From: Selenomonadaceae bacterium
Lineage (GTDB): Bacteria; Bacillota; Clostridia; Oscillospirales; CAG-272
Assembly: GCA_963598415.1 (NCBI GenBank)
Contig: CAVBUH010000030.1
Span: 38,850-102,849 of the forward strand
Direction of reading: 5' to 3'
Length of the DNA stretch: 64,000 nt
Every line of letters begins with the position of its first letter. Position 1 is the stretch's first letter. Shown piece after piece: positions 9,301 through 19,870 of the stretch. Position numbers and translations under genes: made by a program. A model generated the notes under the pieces. That model did not search any database. It saw only the letters and a program-made list of their open reading frames with translations, and was not told the DNA's origin.

Positions 9301-10033
9301 TGCCGCAAAACGTCTCGGATGGAAGGTTATGACGCCTGTTTTTGATGGGGCAAAGGAACAGGATATCACCGAATGCCTGAAAATGGCGGGTATGAGCGAA
9401 ACCGGTAAAATGACGCTTTATGACGGCAGAACCGGGGAACCCTTTGATAATCCCGTAACGGTCGGTATCATGTACTATCTCAAGCTTCATCATCTGGTTG
9501 ACGATAAGATACATGCACGTTCGACCGGTCCTTATTCTCTTGTTACCCAGCAGCCTCTCGGCGGTAAAGCACAATTCGGAGGTCAGCGCTTCGGAGAGAT
9601 GGAGGTTTGGGCTTTGGAGGCCTACGGCGCGGCATATACGCTTCAGGAGATTCTGACTGTTAAATCGGATGATGTTACCGGACGTGTCAAGACCTATGAG
9701 GCTATTGTCAAAGGACAGAATATCCCGACGCCGGGTGTGCCGGAGGCATTTAAGGTACTTGTCAAGGAGCTTCAGTCACTCTGCCTTGATATAAGAGTTC
9801 TTGACCGCGACGGAAACGAAATAGAGTTGTCTTCGATAGGTGATGACGAGCTTGACGCTCCTGCGTTTATCTCTGCCGATGATGTAGGGGAAACGGTGGA
9901 ATCGGATGATACTTTTGATTCAATGACAGAAGAAAATCCCGATGATTTTGATGATGATTCGGAATTCTTTGATGATATTTCTGAAGACGATGTTTTCGAC
10001 GATTTTTCCGGCGAAGATGATATAGATATTTAA
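6302..10033 (+). CDS. rpoB: DNA-directed RNA polymerase beta subunit
   Basis: 1243 aa with clear RpoB motifs ([12 protein letters not shown], ...[20 protein letters not shown]). ATG 6302 gives [18 protein letters not shown]. The acidic D/E-rich C-terminal tail is unusual. Confidence 0.98.
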   Translation: MVKPHKLGKNVRMSFAKIDEALEMPNLIEVQKKSYNWFLKEGLMEVLRDVSPITDYSGNLSIEFVDFSIDPTPKYPVEECKERDVNYSAPLRVKMRLYNKTTGELLERDIFMGDFPLMTDNGTFVINGAERVIVSQIVRSPGIYYTSEMDKSGKKIYASTVIPYRGAWLEYETDANDIFYVRIDKNRKIPVSVLIRALGIETDAEIVSFFGDDSKITATLEHDICQVEADKNGTTAGDEALKEIYKKLRPGEPPLVESAQLLINNLFFDPKRYDLSGVGRYKFDKKLALGKRIVGFALARPVVSPLTGEFLCDAGEEITAELAELIERSGVNDLYLRLDAEREIKVFSNGTIYPEYILGYNLKDCGINEKVKISVLLEIQEQCGEDAEAIKAEAKRRIAELVPKHITKDDIFSSINYLICLSHGIGTTDDIDHLGNRRLRSVGELLQNQFRIGFSRMDKIVKERMNIQDNETLTPEGLINIRPVVTAIRVFFGSSPLSQFMDQNNPLAELTHKRRLSALGPGGLSRDRASFEVRDVHYTHYGRMCPIETPEGPNIGLISYLATYARISDYGFIEAPYRRIDKETGVVTGDIEYMTADVEDNYIIAQANEPLDENNRFVNKKVTARQRAEIIEVDNSVPDYMDVSPKMVVSVATAMIPFLENDDNSRALMGSNMQKQAVPLLVCDSPIVGTGMEYKAAVDSGVVVCAKESGTVERVSADEIVVRTDDGKKNVYHLIKFKRSNQSTCINQRPIVDQGEYVEKGQVIADGPATSNGEIALGKNALIGFMTWEGYNYEDAVLLNENLVRNDVYTSLHIEEYSHEARDTKLGPEEITREIPNVGDDALKDLSADGIIRKGTEVRAGDILVGKVTPKGETELTAEERLLRAIFGEKAREVRDTSLRVPHGESGIVVDVRVFSRENGDELPPGVNKVVRVYIAQKRKISVGDKMAGRHGNKGVVSRILPPEDMPFMADGTPLDIVLNPMGVPSRMNIGQVLEVHLGIAAKRLGWKVMTPVFDGAKEQDITECLKMAGMSETGKMTLYDGRTGEPFDNPVTVGIMYYLKLHHLVDDKIHARSTGPYSLVTQQPLGGKAQFGGQRFGEMEVWALEAYGAAYTLQEILTVKSDDVTGRVKTYEAIVKGQNIPTPGVPEAFKVLVKELQSLCLDIRVLDRDGNEIELSSIGDDELDAPAFISADDVGETVESDDTFDSMTEENPDDFDDDSEFFDDISEDDVFDDFSGEDDIDI

Positions 10034-10049
10034 GATAGGAGATAATGCT

Positions 10050-13000
10050 TTGGAACATAATGTGTTTGATTCAATTAAAATCGGACTTGCGTCTCCTGAA
10101 ATGATAAGAAGCTGGTCTCACGGCGAAGTAAAAAAACCCGAGACCATCAATTACCGTACCCTCAAAGCTGAGCGCGACGGTCTGTTCTGCGAGAAAATTT
10201 TCGGTCCGACCAAGGACTGGGAATGTCTTTGCGGAAAATATAAGCGTGTACGCTATAAGGGGAAGGTCTGCGAAAAGTGCGGAGTCGAGGTCACAACCAA
10301 AAAGGTTCGCCGTGAAAGAATGGGACATATTGAGCTTGCCGCTCCCGTTTCCCATATCTGGTATTTCCGCGCGATTCCGTCAAAAATGGGATTGCTTCTT
10401 GATATTTCTCCCAGGCTTCTTGAAAAGGTGCTGTATTTTGCACAGTATATCGTGATTGATCCCGGTACAACGCCTCTTTCCAAATATCAGATTCTTTCCG
10501 AGCGTGAATACCGTGAAATGTACGAGCGCTATGAGAAGGATTTTAAGGTCGGAATGGGAGCAGAGGCGGTAAAGGAGCTTCTTGCCGAAATCGATATTGA
10601 GGAGCTTTCACGCCAACTGAAAGAAGAACTCAGCAATGCAAGCGGTCAGAAAAAGCTTCGCATCATAAAGCGTCTTGATGTAGTTGAGGCGTTCCGCCGC
10701 TCGGGAAATAAGCCCGAATGGATGATTCTTGATGTAATTCCGGTAATTCCGCCGGAAATCAGACCTATGGTACAGCTTGACGGCGGACGTTTTGCTTCCT
10801 CCGATTTAAACGATCTGTACAGAAGGGTTATAAACAGAAATAACCGCCTGCGCCGCTTGCTTGAGCTTCAGGCTCCCGAAATCATTATACGAAACGAAAA
10901 ACGTATGCTTCAGGAAGCGGTTGATGCTCTTATTGATAACGGACGCCGTGGAAAACCGGTGACCGGACCTTCAAACCGTCCTCTGAAATCTCTCTCGGAG
11001 ATGCTCAGAGGTAAGCAGGGGCGTTTCCGTCAGAATCTTCTCGGTAAACGAGTCGATTATTCGGGACGTTCGGTTATTGTCGTCGGACCTGAACTGAAAA
11101 TATATCAGTGTGGTCTGCCGAAGGAAATGGCTCTCGAACTCTTTAAACCCTTTGTTATGAAGCGTCTTGTGGAAACGCAGAAGGCTTCCAATATTAAAGA
11201 TGCAAAGAAGAAGGTCGATAAGGTTGACGCCTGCGTATGGGACGCTCTTGAAAATGTGATCAAAGAGCATCCTGTCCTTCTCAACCGTGCGCCTACCCTT
11301 CACCGTCTTTCGATTCAGGCATTTGAACCGGTTCTTGTTGAGGGACGCGCCATCAAGCTCCATCCGCTTGTCTGTACCGCATTCAATGCCGATTTTGACG
11401 GCGACCAGATGCCGGTTCACGTTCCGCTTTCTGCGGAGGCACAGGCTGAGGCACGCTTCCTTATGCTTTCGGCAAATAACCTTCTTAAGCCTATGGACGG
11501 TAAAGCCGTCACCGTTCCTTCTCAGGATATGGTGCTTGGTTCCTACTATCTTACTATTGATAAGGCGGGAGAGCCCGGCGAGGGACATGTTTTCCGTGAT
11601 TTCAACGAGGCGATGATGGCTTATGCCAATGGCGTTCTCGGACTTCACGCTCCGATAAGAATCAGAGTCAGCCGTGAAATAGACGGTGAAATTCATACCG
11701 GTATTATCAATGCTACTCTCGGACGTCTTATCTTCAATGAGCACATTCCTCAGGACCTCGGTTTTGTTGATAGAAGCGATCCTTCCAAGCTGCTTGATCT
11801 GGAGATTGATATGACCTGCGGCAAGAAGCAGCTCGGTCAGATTATCAACCTTTGTATCGAAAAGCACGGTTTCTCGGTTGCGGCACAGGTGCTTGATAAT
11901 ATTAAGTCGATGGGCTACAAATATTCGACGAAGGCTGCCATTTCCATTTCTATTTCCGACGTTACGATTCCTGATGAGAAATATTCTTACATTGCTGAGG
12001 CGGAAAAGAAGGTTGACGCCATTCATAAACATTTTCTTCGCGGTCAGCTTACCGAAGAGGAACGCTATAACAACGTAATAAAGATATGGGAACAGACGAC
12101 AAAGGATATAGTTGCCGCACTTCAGAATAAATTTGATAGGTACAATCCTATTAAGATGATGTCGGATTCCGGCGCCCGCGGTAATATGACGCAGATGCGT
12201 CAGCTTGCCGGTATGCGCGGACTTATGTTTGCGACAAACGGACGTACGATGGAAATCCCGATCAAGTCAAACTTCCGCGAAGGACTTAAGATACTTGAGT
12301 ATTTCATTGCGGCGCGCGGTGCGCGTAAATCGCTTTCCGATACCGCTCTTAAGACTGCAGACTCCGGATATCTTACCCGCCGTCTTGTTGATGTTTCTCA
12401 GGATGTTATTGTAAGAGAAAGCGACTGCGGAACTCAGAAGGGTATGTGGGTTTCCGCGATCACAGACGGAAAAGATGTTATCGAGCCGCTGAAAGACCGT
12501 CTTGTTGGGCGTTTTACGATGGAGGACGTTGTAAATCCCGAAACGCACGAGGTGCTTGTTCCTGCCGACACCATGATCTCAGAAAAGATGGCGTCTGTAA
12601 TTGTAAATGCCGGTATTACTCAGGTATATATCCGTTCTGTTCTTGAATGTAAGGCAAGACACGGTATCTGTGCTAAATGCTACGGAGCCGACCTTGCCAA
12701 CGGCAGACCGGTCAATGTCGGAGAGGCTGTCGGTATTATTGCCGCTCAGTCAATCGGAGAGCCGGGTACACAGCTTACGATGCGTACCTTCCATACGGGC
12801 GGCGTTGCAGGCTCCAATATTACACAGGGTCTTCCCCGTGTCGAAGAACTCTTTGAGGCAAGACGCCCCAAGAAAACGGCAGTTATTTCGGAAATGGCCG
12901 GTATTGTCAGCTTCGGCGAAATGAAGAAGATGAAAACAATTAACATCACAAATGATGATACCAGTGAAACCGTTTCCTATCAGATTGCTTTCGGAACAAG

Positions 13001-13595
13001 AACGCTTGTTTCTGAGGGACAGCCGGTTGCTTCGGGACAGCCGCTTACCGAAGGGGATATGGCTCCCGCCGATATACTCCGTATAAGCGGACTTGACGCG
13101 GTATATGACTATATTCTTCGCGAGGTACAGAGGGTTTACCGTATGCAGTCGATAGACGTTAATGATAAGCATATTGAGGTTATCGCACGTCAGATGACAA
13201 GAAAAGTAAGAGTAGAGGAGCCGGGAGACACCGATATTCTTACCGGAGCAACAATTGATGTCGGAGACTTTGAAGAGGAGAACGAAAAGCTTCAGGTGCG
13301 TATTGATGCGGGAGAGAGAGATCTCCGTCTCGCAACGTCACAGCCAGTGCTTCTCGGTATTACCAAAGCGTCCATTCAGACGAATTCCTTCCTGTCAGCC
13401 GCCTCCTTCCAGGAGACAACAAAGGTTCTTACTGAGGCTGCAATCAAAGGTAAGGTTGACCATCTTCTCGGACTTAAAGAGAATGTTCTTATCGGTAAGC
13501 TTATTCCTGCCGGAACCGGTATGGAGCGCTATCGCAGTGTTGAGATTGAAAAAATTGAGCCTGTTGAGGAAGCAGGCGAGGCTGAAGCTGAATAA
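10050..13595 (+). CDS. rpoC: DNA-directed RNA polymerase beta' subunit
   Basis: 1181 aa with NADFDGDQM, the zinc motif [23 protein letters not shown] and the trigger-loop region. TTG start lies 8 nt after AGGAG. Confidence 0.98.
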   Translation: MEHNVFDSIKIGLASPEMIRSWSHGEVKKPETINYRTLKAERDGLFCEKIFGPTKDWECLCGKYKRVRYKGKVCEKCGVEVTTKKVRRERMGHIELAAPVSHIWYFRAIPSKMGLLLDISPRLLEKVLYFAQYIVIDPGTTPLSKYQILSEREYREMYERYEKDFKVGMGAEAVKELLAEIDIEELSRQLKEELSNASGQKKLRIIKRLDVVEAFRRSGNKPEWMILDVIPVIPPEIRPMVQLDGGRFASSDLNDLYRRVINRNNRLRRLLELQAPEIIIRNEKRMLQEAVDALIDNGRRGKPVTGPSNRPLKSLSEMLRGKQGRFRQNLLGKRVDYSGRSVIVVGPELKIYQCGLPKEMALELFKPFVMKRLVETQKASNIKDAKKKVDKVDACVWDALENVIKEHPVLLNRAPTLHRLSIQAFEPVLVEGRAIKLHPLVCTAFNADFDGDQMPVHVPLSAEAQAEARFLMLSANNLLKPMDGKAVTVPSQDMVLGSYYLTIDKAGEPGEGHVFRDFNEAMMAYANGVLGLHAPIRIRVSREIDGEIHTGIINATLGRLIFNEHIPQDLGFVDRSDPSKLLDLEIDMTCGKKQLGQIINLCIEKHGFSVAAQVLDNIKSMGYKYSTKAAISISISDVTIPDEKYSYIAEAEKKVDAIHKHFLRGQLTEEERYNNVIKIWEQTTKDIVAALQNKFDRYNPIKMMSDSGARGNMTQMRQLAGMRGLMFATNGRTMEIPIKSNFREGLKILEYFIAARGARKSLSDTALKTADSGYLTRRLVDVSQDVIVRESDCGTQKGMWVSAITDGKDVIEPLKDRLVGRFTMEDVVNPETHEVLVPADTMISEKMASVIVNAGITQVYIRSVLECKARHGICAKCYGADLANGRPVNVGEAVGIIAAQSIGEPGTQLTMRTFHTGGVAGSNITQGLPRVEELFEARRPKKTAVISEMAGIVSFGEMKKMKTINITNDDTSETVSYQIAFGTRTLVSEGQPVASGQPLTEGDMAPADILRISGLDAVYDYILREVQRVYRMQSIDVNDKHIEVIARQMTRKVRVEEPGDTDILTGATIDVGDFEEENEKLQVRIDAGERDLRLATSQPVLLGITKASIQTNSFLSAASFQETTKVLTEAAIKGKVDHLLGLKENVLIGKLIPAGTGMERYRSVEIEKIEPVEEAGEAEAE

Positions 13596-13612
13596 TAGTG
13601 ACCAAATAAAAC

Positions 13613-13750
13613 GGGCTGTGTCAAATTGAGATTTTTGACCTTAACCTGATACAAAAGAAACAAAAGCCAAGATCAATCGATTGAATTTGACCTTGGCTTT
13701 TGTGATGTTTGCACATGGCGTTCAAAGTTTGTTAATGCTATGAAGCAGCC
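13613..13750 (+). repeat. Repeat family E copy 2
   Basis: Begins 18 nt after the rpoC stop and aligns with 4075-4214. Hairpin 1 is GTCAAA/TTTGAC, with one stem pair changed C:G to G:C relative to copy 1. Confidence 0.7.
13661..13702 (+). terminator. rpoC terminator-like hairpin (inside repeat E2)
   Basis: Stem CAAAAGCCAAG/CTTGGCTTTTG (11 bp) followed by a short T-run. Confidence 0.55.
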
Positions 13751-14125
13751 TCATTATGATAAAGAGAAGCTCGACGAAGGAGGGCTTCTCTCGAAGTCTA
13801 TGAGCCGGGCGAGTGATTCCGCATAGGGTTTTGCTGTTGAATAAAAATGTTATGTACGCTATAAAGAAAAATGAAAATTTGCGCGTTATGTTGCCTGAAG
13901 CTGCCATAATGTCCTAAGAAGTATATGCCGCGGTGAGAATATGATGAAATAAATTTGCCGTTTTTGCGATTATAGAGGGATGTTTCACTTGCCTTAAAAG
14001 GAGTTTCGTTCTGCCGATACTATGCTCATACAGGACGGGAAAATGGTAATAGCGGCATTCTTCTTCAAATCCGAAAGACTGCCGAAAAATCAATCAAACG
14101 GCTGTCATTTACTGAATAAAATCTC

Positions 14126-14154
14126 TTGCAATAGTATCCGATATGTGTTAAAAT
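14126..14154 (+). promoter_or_regulatory. Putative hprK promoter (TTGCAA-17-TAAAAT, TGn extended -10)
   Basis: TTGCAA at 14126-14131 and TAAAAT at 14149-14154, preceded by TGT. It lies 36 nt upstream of the ATG. Confidence 0.5.
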
Positions 14155-14189
14155 ATTAGGAGAGAATAAAACCGAAAGGAAATCGGATA

Positions 14190-15119
14190 ATGGAATCCAA
14201 AACAACGTATTCGGTGTCGCTCGGAAGCGTTATCGATGAATTTCAACTGGAAGAAGTAAACACGGCTGTCGACAGGGAACGCGCGGTGCAGAGAAGTGAA
14301 GTAAACCGTCCGGGGCTTGTTCTGGCGGGATTTTTCGGGTACTTTGAGCCGGGAAGAATACAGATTATCGGCTTGAGTGAAAATGACTATATCAATCACC
14401 TTGATGAGGACAGACAGCGCGAGATATTTAATAAATTCTTTTCGCTGAACCCCGTTGCCGTGGTTTTTTCCACCTCTCTGCCGGTTAATAAAATCATTAT
14501 AGAGGCGGCAAATAAATACGGAATTCCCCTTCTTCGTACTGCTGCTAAGACGTCGGAATTTATGGCGGCTCTTATTGCGTCGTTGAGCGTAAGTCTTGCT
14601 CCTCGTATTACAAGACACGGCGTTCTTGTCGAGGTTTACGGAGAGGGTATTCTCATTCTCGGAGACAGCGGGGTAGGAAAGAGCGAGACGGCTATTGAGC
14701 TTGTAAAACGTGGACATCGGCTTATTGCAGACGACGCTGTGGAAATAAAGAAAGTTTCTGCAAAATCTCTTGTCGGTTCTGCTCCCGCTCTGATCCGGCA
14801 TTATGTTGAGCTTCGCGGAATCGGAATTGTCGATGTAAAACGTATTTTCGGTATGGGCGCCGTAAAAGATACCGAAAAAATTGATATGATAATTAACCTT
14901 GAGCAGTGGGTTCAGGGAAAAATGTATGATCGCTTCGGATTGGAATCGGAATATACCGACATCATGGGAATAAAAATTCCCACGACCGTAATCCCTGTCC
15001 GTCCCGGACGAAATCTTGCGGTTATACTTGAAATTGCGGCTATGAACAACCGTCAGAAAAAGATGGGTTATGATACGGCAAAAGAATTTAACGAAAGACT
15101 TATGAATATGACGATGTGA
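14190..15119 (+). CDS. hprK: HPr kinase/phosphorylase
   Basis: 309 aa with GVLVEVYGEGILILGDSGVGKSETAIELVKRGHRLIADDAVEI (P-loop and signature). Confidence 0.95.
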   Translation: MESKTTYSVSLGSVIDEFQLEEVNTAVDRERAVQRSEVNRPGLVLAGFFGYFEPGRIQIIGLSENDYINHLDEDRQREIFNKFFSLNPVAVVFSTSLPVNKIIIEAANKYGIPLLRTAAKTSEFMAALIASLSVSLAPRITRHGVLVEVYGEGILILGDSGVGKSETAIELVKRGHRLIADDAVEIKKVSAKSLVGSAPALIRHYVELRGIGIVDVKRIFGMGAVKDTEKIDMIINLEQWVQGKMYDRFGLESEYTDIMGIKIPTTVIPVRPGRNLAVILEIAAMNNRQKKMGYDTAKEFNERLMNMTM

Positions 15120-15443
15120 AAGAATTTGCTGTGAGTACAGATGCCCGAAATGGTACAGACATGTTCTGCCAATGCCCCGGCTTTCGAATTCTTGTCAATG
15201 TAGATAACATTGCATTTGAGCAGCAGGAGTCAATGATGTCGGTAATTCTGTAATATCTCCCACGAATCCCTGTTTATATCCTGAAATGGTTACATTTTCA
15301 ACGTTGCCGTTATAGAGTGAGAATACTCTGCCTACTATCGTTCCGACAGGGTCATTCGGCCGGTTTCGCTTGTGCCGATGTTACCGTCGTCAGTGTGGGA
15401 TTCATCATGATGCCTGTTTCCTTATAAGAGAAGGACTGACCGA

Positions 15444-15474
15444 AAAGACCGTCGTTTTATGCGGCGGTCTTTTG
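15444..15474. terminator. Bidirectional terminator hairpin between hprK and the helicase gene
   Basis: Stem AAGACCGTCG/CGGCGGTCTT (one G:U) with T-runs on both strands. It lies about 20 nt past the helicase stop. Confidence 0.6.
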
Positions 15475-15495
15475 TTATGATTATTCTTCTTTAAT

Positions 15496-17808
15496 TTATA
15501 TCTCTTCTGCCAATTCTCCGAGACGTTTTATCACTTCATCGGTGCGGAGGCGGTCGGCCATATAAGCGTCTCGGAGAAGCTCTGCCGGTATATAATCGTC
15601 GTACTTTTCAAAAACGGGACATTCGGAAGCCGAAACAAGCGTATTTTTATCTATACCTTCGAGCATAACTTTTTCATTCAGGTAAGAGATAAGCTCCGAA
15701 CTGTTCCCGCGTTCCATTTTGAAGGTCATGAAATAGCATCCTTCGTATTCCATGGCGCTGATTTTAAAACGCATGCCGTTTCTGACGATAAACTTTCTGA
15801 GAGTGCGGAAGGAGCGTGTGCCGAGCCACGGAAAAAGACACCAGGTATAGCCGCCGAGATGAACGAGAGAATTTTTCAGCATTCCGGTATTTCTTGCTAC
15901 ACGCCGCGCCACTTCGAGCCGTGTTTTTGCATTTTTCTTGAGATAGGGATATTCGGTATTTTCTTCGAGAACCTGTTTCATCCTCTCAAGGATTCGGGTG
16001 TGTATTTCGCCGTAATCGCCGGGCCACGATATTTCCATTTTTCCCTTCACTTCCTTGACGTAGATGAGCTTTCTTGCAATATCAAGCTCCTCTACCTCCC
16101 AGACACGTCCTGCAAGAGCAAATCTGTCTCCCGCCGGAGGGGGCGTTGTTATGGTTCCGATCTCATCGGAGCCGCACCGGACCGTATAGTCCTCACTGTC
16201 CTTGAAAACCGCATAGAACTTAAAGCTGTTTATAAGACGTTCACCCTTTAATCCTATGATAAGCCCTTTTTCTTCGGTCATTTCGATAAAGTCGTTTTTC
16301 AGCATGGAGATCAATAAGGTTTTGTACTGCTCAGGGGAGACCTCGGCAAAGGGAGGAAGAGACAGTACCCGTTCGGCAAGTCTTTTTGCTGTCAACTCTC
16401 CCGATGAAGCCAAGGTGCTGAGGGTTTGCTGAAAAAGAAGGCTGAAGGGAAGCTTTTTAATATTGGGAGGTTCTATGAAACGTTCCTCAAGATAAAGCTG
16501 AACGATGGCAATAGCTCTGAGCAGTCCCCATGGCATAAGCTGAGGGAGAGGAGTGTTCGGCAGAGGATTTTCTTCACGAAAAACCATCATCATTTCCGGC
16601 GGGGTTCCCCGTCTTCCCGATCTGCCGAGGCGCTGAAGCAAACTGGATACGGTAGTCGGGGCGTCAAGCTGGATGATTCGCTCCAGTCTTCCGATATCAA
16701 TACCAAGCTCCAGCGTAACGGTCGCACAGGTCACGGTTCGGATATCCTCGTTCTTGAGCTTCATTTCCGCTTCTTCCCTTATCGATGCCGATAAGTTTCC
16801 GTGATGTATCTGAAAAATATCGGGCTCTCCCCTCCTATCGGCAATTTGACGGAGCGTTGCGGTAAGATATTCAGTTTCCTCCCTTGAGTTGGAGAAAACA
16901 AGACATTTTTTATCTGCGGTGCAGTCGTAAATATACTCAAACCCGGGATCAAGCGGAATGTCCGCTGTCTTATCCTGCGGAGTCTCGGATAACTGCTCTT
17001 TGAGGGGGGATAGATTTTCGTCTGCATCGCCTTCTTCAGCGTGTAAGTCGGGTATGGCTCCGGTAAGATATCGGTTTGCGCTTCCCGTTTGGTCAGGAGA
17101 ATCGCTCTGAATATAGAAGTGTTCCATTCCGAGTTTCCATGAGGTACGGCTTTCCTTCATTCCGATGACCGAAACCTTTCGTTTCGATCCCGAACCGAGC
17201 CATCTTGCGGCTATTTCTGTATTTCCGATTGTAGCAGAAAGGCCGATTCTGACGGGATCATGTCCGATAAGCCGAGAAATACGGCAAAGCTGACAGATGA
17301 TTTGATTTCCCCGGTCTGTTCCCGTCAAAGTATGAATCTCATCGAGAATGATGTAGCGAAGATCCCCGAACAGGCGAACAATATCGTTGCTTCGGTTCAT
17401 AAGCATACTTTCAAGTGATTCAGGAGTTATCTGAAGTATGCCGCAAGGATTTTTCAGCGCCTTATTCTTATGTGACATGGCAATATCGCCGTGCCAGTGA
17501 AATACCGGCAGACCGCTTAAGTCAAGTATTTCGTCGAGCCGTGCAAATTGATCGTTTATAAGACTCTTAAGGGGGGCAATATACAATGCTCCGAAAGACG
17601 CGGATGGGTTTTCCCACAGCTTGGAGATGACAGGAAAAAAAGCAGCCTCTGTTTTTCCCGACGCGGTAGAGGAGGTAAGAAGAAGGTTGTTATCGGTTTC
17701 AAAAAGTACCTCTGCCGCTTTTACCTGGACTTCCCGCAGCGTTTCCCATCCGCTTCGGTAGATGTAATCCTGTATAAAGGGAGAGAATTTTTCAAATACA
17801 CGGCTCAT
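15496..17808 (-). CDS. Lhr-like DEAD/DEAH-box ATP-dependent helicase
   Basis: 770 aa with Walker A TASGKTEAAF, DEIH, SAT and LQRLGRSGRRG motifs, plus a long C-terminal extension like Lhr-core proteins. Confidence 0.85.
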   Translation of the reverse strand: MSRVFEKFSPFIQDYIYRSGWETLREVQVKAAEVLFETDNNLLLTSSTASGKTEAAFFPVISKLWENPSASFGALYIAPLKSLINDQFARLDEILDLSGLPVFHWHGDIAMSHKNKALKNPCGILQITPESLESMLMNRSNDIVRLFGDLRYIILDEIHTLTGTDRGNQIICQLCRISRLIGHDPVRIGLSATIGNTEIAARWLGSGSKRKVSVIGMKESRTSWKLGMEHFYIQSDSPDQTGSANRYLTGAIPDLHAEEGDADENLSPLKEQLSETPQDKTADIPLDPGFEYIYDCTADKKCLVFSNSREETEYLTATLRQIADRRGEPDIFQIHHGNLSASIREEAEMKLKNEDIRTVTCATVTLELGIDIGRLERIIQLDAPTTVSSLLQRLGRSGRRGTPPEMMMVFREENPLPNTPLPQLMPWGLLRAIAIVQLYLEERFIEPPNIKKLPFSLLFQQTLSTLASSGELTAKRLAERVLSLPPFAEVSPEQYKTLLISMLKNDFIEMTEEKGLIIGLKGERLINSFKFYAVFKDSEDYTVRCGSDEIGTITTPPPAGDRFALAGRVWEVEELDIARKLIYVKEVKGKMEISWPGDYGEIHTRILERMKQVLEENTEYPYLKKNAKTRLEVARRVARNTGMLKNSLVHLGGYTWCLFPWLGTRSFRTLRKFIVRNGMRFKISAMEYEGCYFMTFKMERGNSSELISYLNEKVMLEGIDKNTLVSASECPVFEKYDDYIPAELLRDAYMADRLRTDEVIKRLGELAEEI

Positions 17809-17835
17809 AGGGAATACCTCTTTTTATTTATACTG

Positions 17836-17978
17836 ATAGCCAATTGCAAAACTGCGTTTTACAGATGAGAACCGTGCGACGGGGAGATGCGCGCTTATCG
17901 ACGCTTCCCTCGGCGCCCGGACTCACTTTGCTCGTCTTAAAGGTGCTTTTTCGCAGATAAAGCCGTCGAAAAAACAGA
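17836..17978 (-). repeat. Repeat family F copy 1
   Basis: Its reverse complement aligns with 36231-36384. Shared ends are TCTGTTTTTTC... and ...TTTTRCAATTGGCTRT. About 70% identity by eye. Confidence 0.55.
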
Positions 17979-18453
17979 GTTTATTATATTTTACAATCGG
18001 TTAATTTATACTGACTTAATTTTACCGAAAAAGTGTAAGGCTATACCGATGGCTCCGGCGGTGTAGATGCGCAGTCCTGTTTTCCGTTAAACGATATCAA
18101 TTGGGGAGGCAGAGCGGTTCCTCAGCCACCGAAATTTGTGAAATGTGGCGCGAAACAGACAAGCAGATATGCCGTCAGGGTGTAAGCCGTGAACCCGGCG
18201 GTATTGCCGTAATGCGAACGGTGCTTTTGCGGTTTCTGCTTGCACCTGACAGATTTTGTGAGACTGTCTCTTTGTTGAGGAGTTTATGATTTTTTTCGCG
18301 CAGCGAATCGGTAGGCTCTTTTATGTCATTCGTTATCAAGTTTTTACGGCGGCTCTTCTTTTTTGTGAATTTTGGCTTGGGCTGATATACCGTTTTTCCC
18401 CGATTGCTGCGCGCGGAATGCTTCGGAGATTCTTTCAATTGTTTATAGGAATG

Positions 18454-18519
18454 CCTGCTGAACAATCGAAAAACGCCATAAATAAGCCAATTCTTTGTGT
18501 TTTTCGGTTGTTCAGCAGG
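18454..18519. repeat. Repeat family X copy 1 (long hairpin)
   Basis: CCTGCTGAACAATCGAAAAACGC pairs with GTGTTTTTCGGTTGTTCAGCAGG. The loop is the reverse complement of the loop at 21178-21248. Confidence 0.65.
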
Positions 18520-18687
18520 CTGTTGCGTTAAGCAACAAGCCCGGCATTTTCCCGACCGGGAAAATGCCGAATCGGGTGTTTTTGACTGTATTTTCTTTGG
18601 ATTATTATGAATTTAAAGAGTCAAAATTGCGGATTTCATCCGCAAAAACCGACTTCGTGGGCTGTCGCACGTTAGTGCGACAGCCCC
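18518..18687 (+). repeat. Repeat family A copy 1 (about 170 nt, four stacked hairpins)
   Basis: More than 90% identical by eye to 29026-29196. Hairpins include GGCTGTTGC/GCAACAAGCC, GGCATTTTCCC/GGGAAAATGCC, TTGCGGAT/ATCCGCAA and GTCGCAC/GTGCGAC. Confidence 0.85.
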
Positions 18688-18790
18688 CTTACAGAATGAG
18701 TGAAGGAAGGTAGGCGCAATCAATGGGAGATGAACCCAAAACAGACAGTTTTTGGGCGTCACAGAATGAACAACTTGCTCGTTCTGTGCT
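18688..18790 (-). repeat. Repeat family B copy 1
   Basis: Its reverse complement aligns with 21031-21146 (AGCACAGAACGARCAAGTTGTT...CCCATTGATTRCGCCTACCTT). Confidence 0.65.
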
Positions 18791-18823
18791 AATAACGAAC
18801 ATATCGGCGGTTATTAGCAGACA

Positions 18824-19870
18824 TTAAATTAAAGCAAAGAGATTTACATCCCATGCCGGAACAGAGGGGAATTTTCTGATAAAGAGACGGTAAGCAGGAT
18901 TTATCTCATGAATTTTCAGAGGAAGCTCAAAGATATCGGCGCTTTTATGATAGAGTGCGATTTGAAGCTCAGGCGAATGTGTTTTGATACTTCCGATACA
19001 GCCGTCGATTGCTTCACGCTCAGCCCCCTCCGCGTCGATTTTAATGAAATCCGGGACTCGTCCGTCCAAGAAGGAATCAGCGGGAGCTGCGAAAACCTCG
19101 GTTGTTTTTTTACCGTCCGTCTTTCTTACCGCGCGACCTCCGCCTTTGCTGAAAAGCAAAATTTCACGTTTATTCCATGCGGCGGCAAGATGCGGTTCGA
19201 CTTTTCCGGAGAAGACGGTGCTGAGAGAAAGCTTTGTGAAATTTTTGGAATCGGGTTCAAGCGCGATGATTTTCTTAATGTTCGGCGCATAGCTTATAAG
19301 CGCGGACGCGGTATCTCCCGTGTACGCTCCTATGTCAAGGGTATATAGATAGGAAGCGGGATGAAGAAGCCCCGTCATAACGGCGTCAAGATCGGTAATA
19401 TGTTCGGCAAGGTATTCTATCTTTCCGCTGAGCCGGTAATGGATTACCGCGTCATAAACTGCGCGCGACTCATCGTCGGCAAGCAGTTTTCTTGCCGCAT
19501 CGATATTGCTTTTATGCATCTCATAGAATTTGCCGTCGAAAAGCTTGTTTCCCACGACCGGAACGTCCGGAGCATATAGCTCGTGCTTGCTTGCAAGAGC
19601 GAAAAATCTGTTTATTACCTCCGGCAAATCAGAGCCGAAGGCAAGAAGAATGATCATATCATTCCCGTATTTTTTCAAAATATCGGAGTAGGAAATTACC
19701 TTTTTTCCGTGAAAAGTGCGATTCCTAATAAAGCCGTCGCTTGCAAATATATCTTTTACCTCTATTCCGAGGCTGTCGAGCACGTCGAATATTTTATCAG
19801 CGCCGTTTCCTGTACCGTACATGACGATCGGACGGTCGGCAGACCTCAGATACTGCCATATATCGTTCAT
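18824..19870 (-). CDS. FkbM-family SAM-dependent methyltransferase
   Basis: 348 aa with TLDIGAYTGDTA, ALEPDSKNF and FIKIDAEGAE blocks, recalled as typical of Methyltransf_21/FkbM. Confidence 0.75.
   Translation of the reverse strand: MNDIWQYLRSADRPIVMYGTGNGADKIFDVLDSLGIEVKDIFASDGFIRNRTFHGKKVISYSDILKKYGNDMIILLAFGSDLPEVINRFFALASKHELYAPDVPVVGNKLFDGKFYEMHKSNIDAARKLLADDESRAVYDAVIHYRLSGKIEYLAEHITDLDAVMTGLLHPASYLYTLDIGAYTGDTASALISYAPNIKKIIALEPDSKNFTKLSLSTVFSGKVEPHLAAAWNKREILLFSKGGGRAVRKTDGKKTTEVFAAPADSFLDGRVPDFIKIDAEGAEREAIDGCIGSIKTHSPELQIALYHKSADIFELPLKIHEINPAYRLFIRKFPSVPAWDVNLFALI

Noticed and set aside
8612-9574. Long antisense ORFs inside rpoB/rpoC (8612-9574, 10971-12032, 12750-13172 and others)
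   Set aside because: They are fully embedded antisense to unmistakable RpoB/RpoC coding sequence. They have no RBS context or recognisable motifs and a composition typical of shadow ORFs.
14148-14801. 217-aa minus-strand ORF overlapping hprK; likewise 32685-33434 over glnS, 34021-34746 over gltX and 21774-22358 over the RlmI-like gene
   Set aside because: In each case the opposite strand encodes a well-recognised conserved protein.
15150-15420. Possible gene remnant on the minus strand (…PNDPVGTIVGRVFSLYNGNVENVTISGYKQGFVGDITELPTSLTPAAQMQ…, about 57 codons, no start)
   Set aside because: It is protein-like in composition but short, lacks a start codon and RBS, and I cannot assign a family. 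It may be a pseudogene fragment, but the evidence is too weak for a feature.
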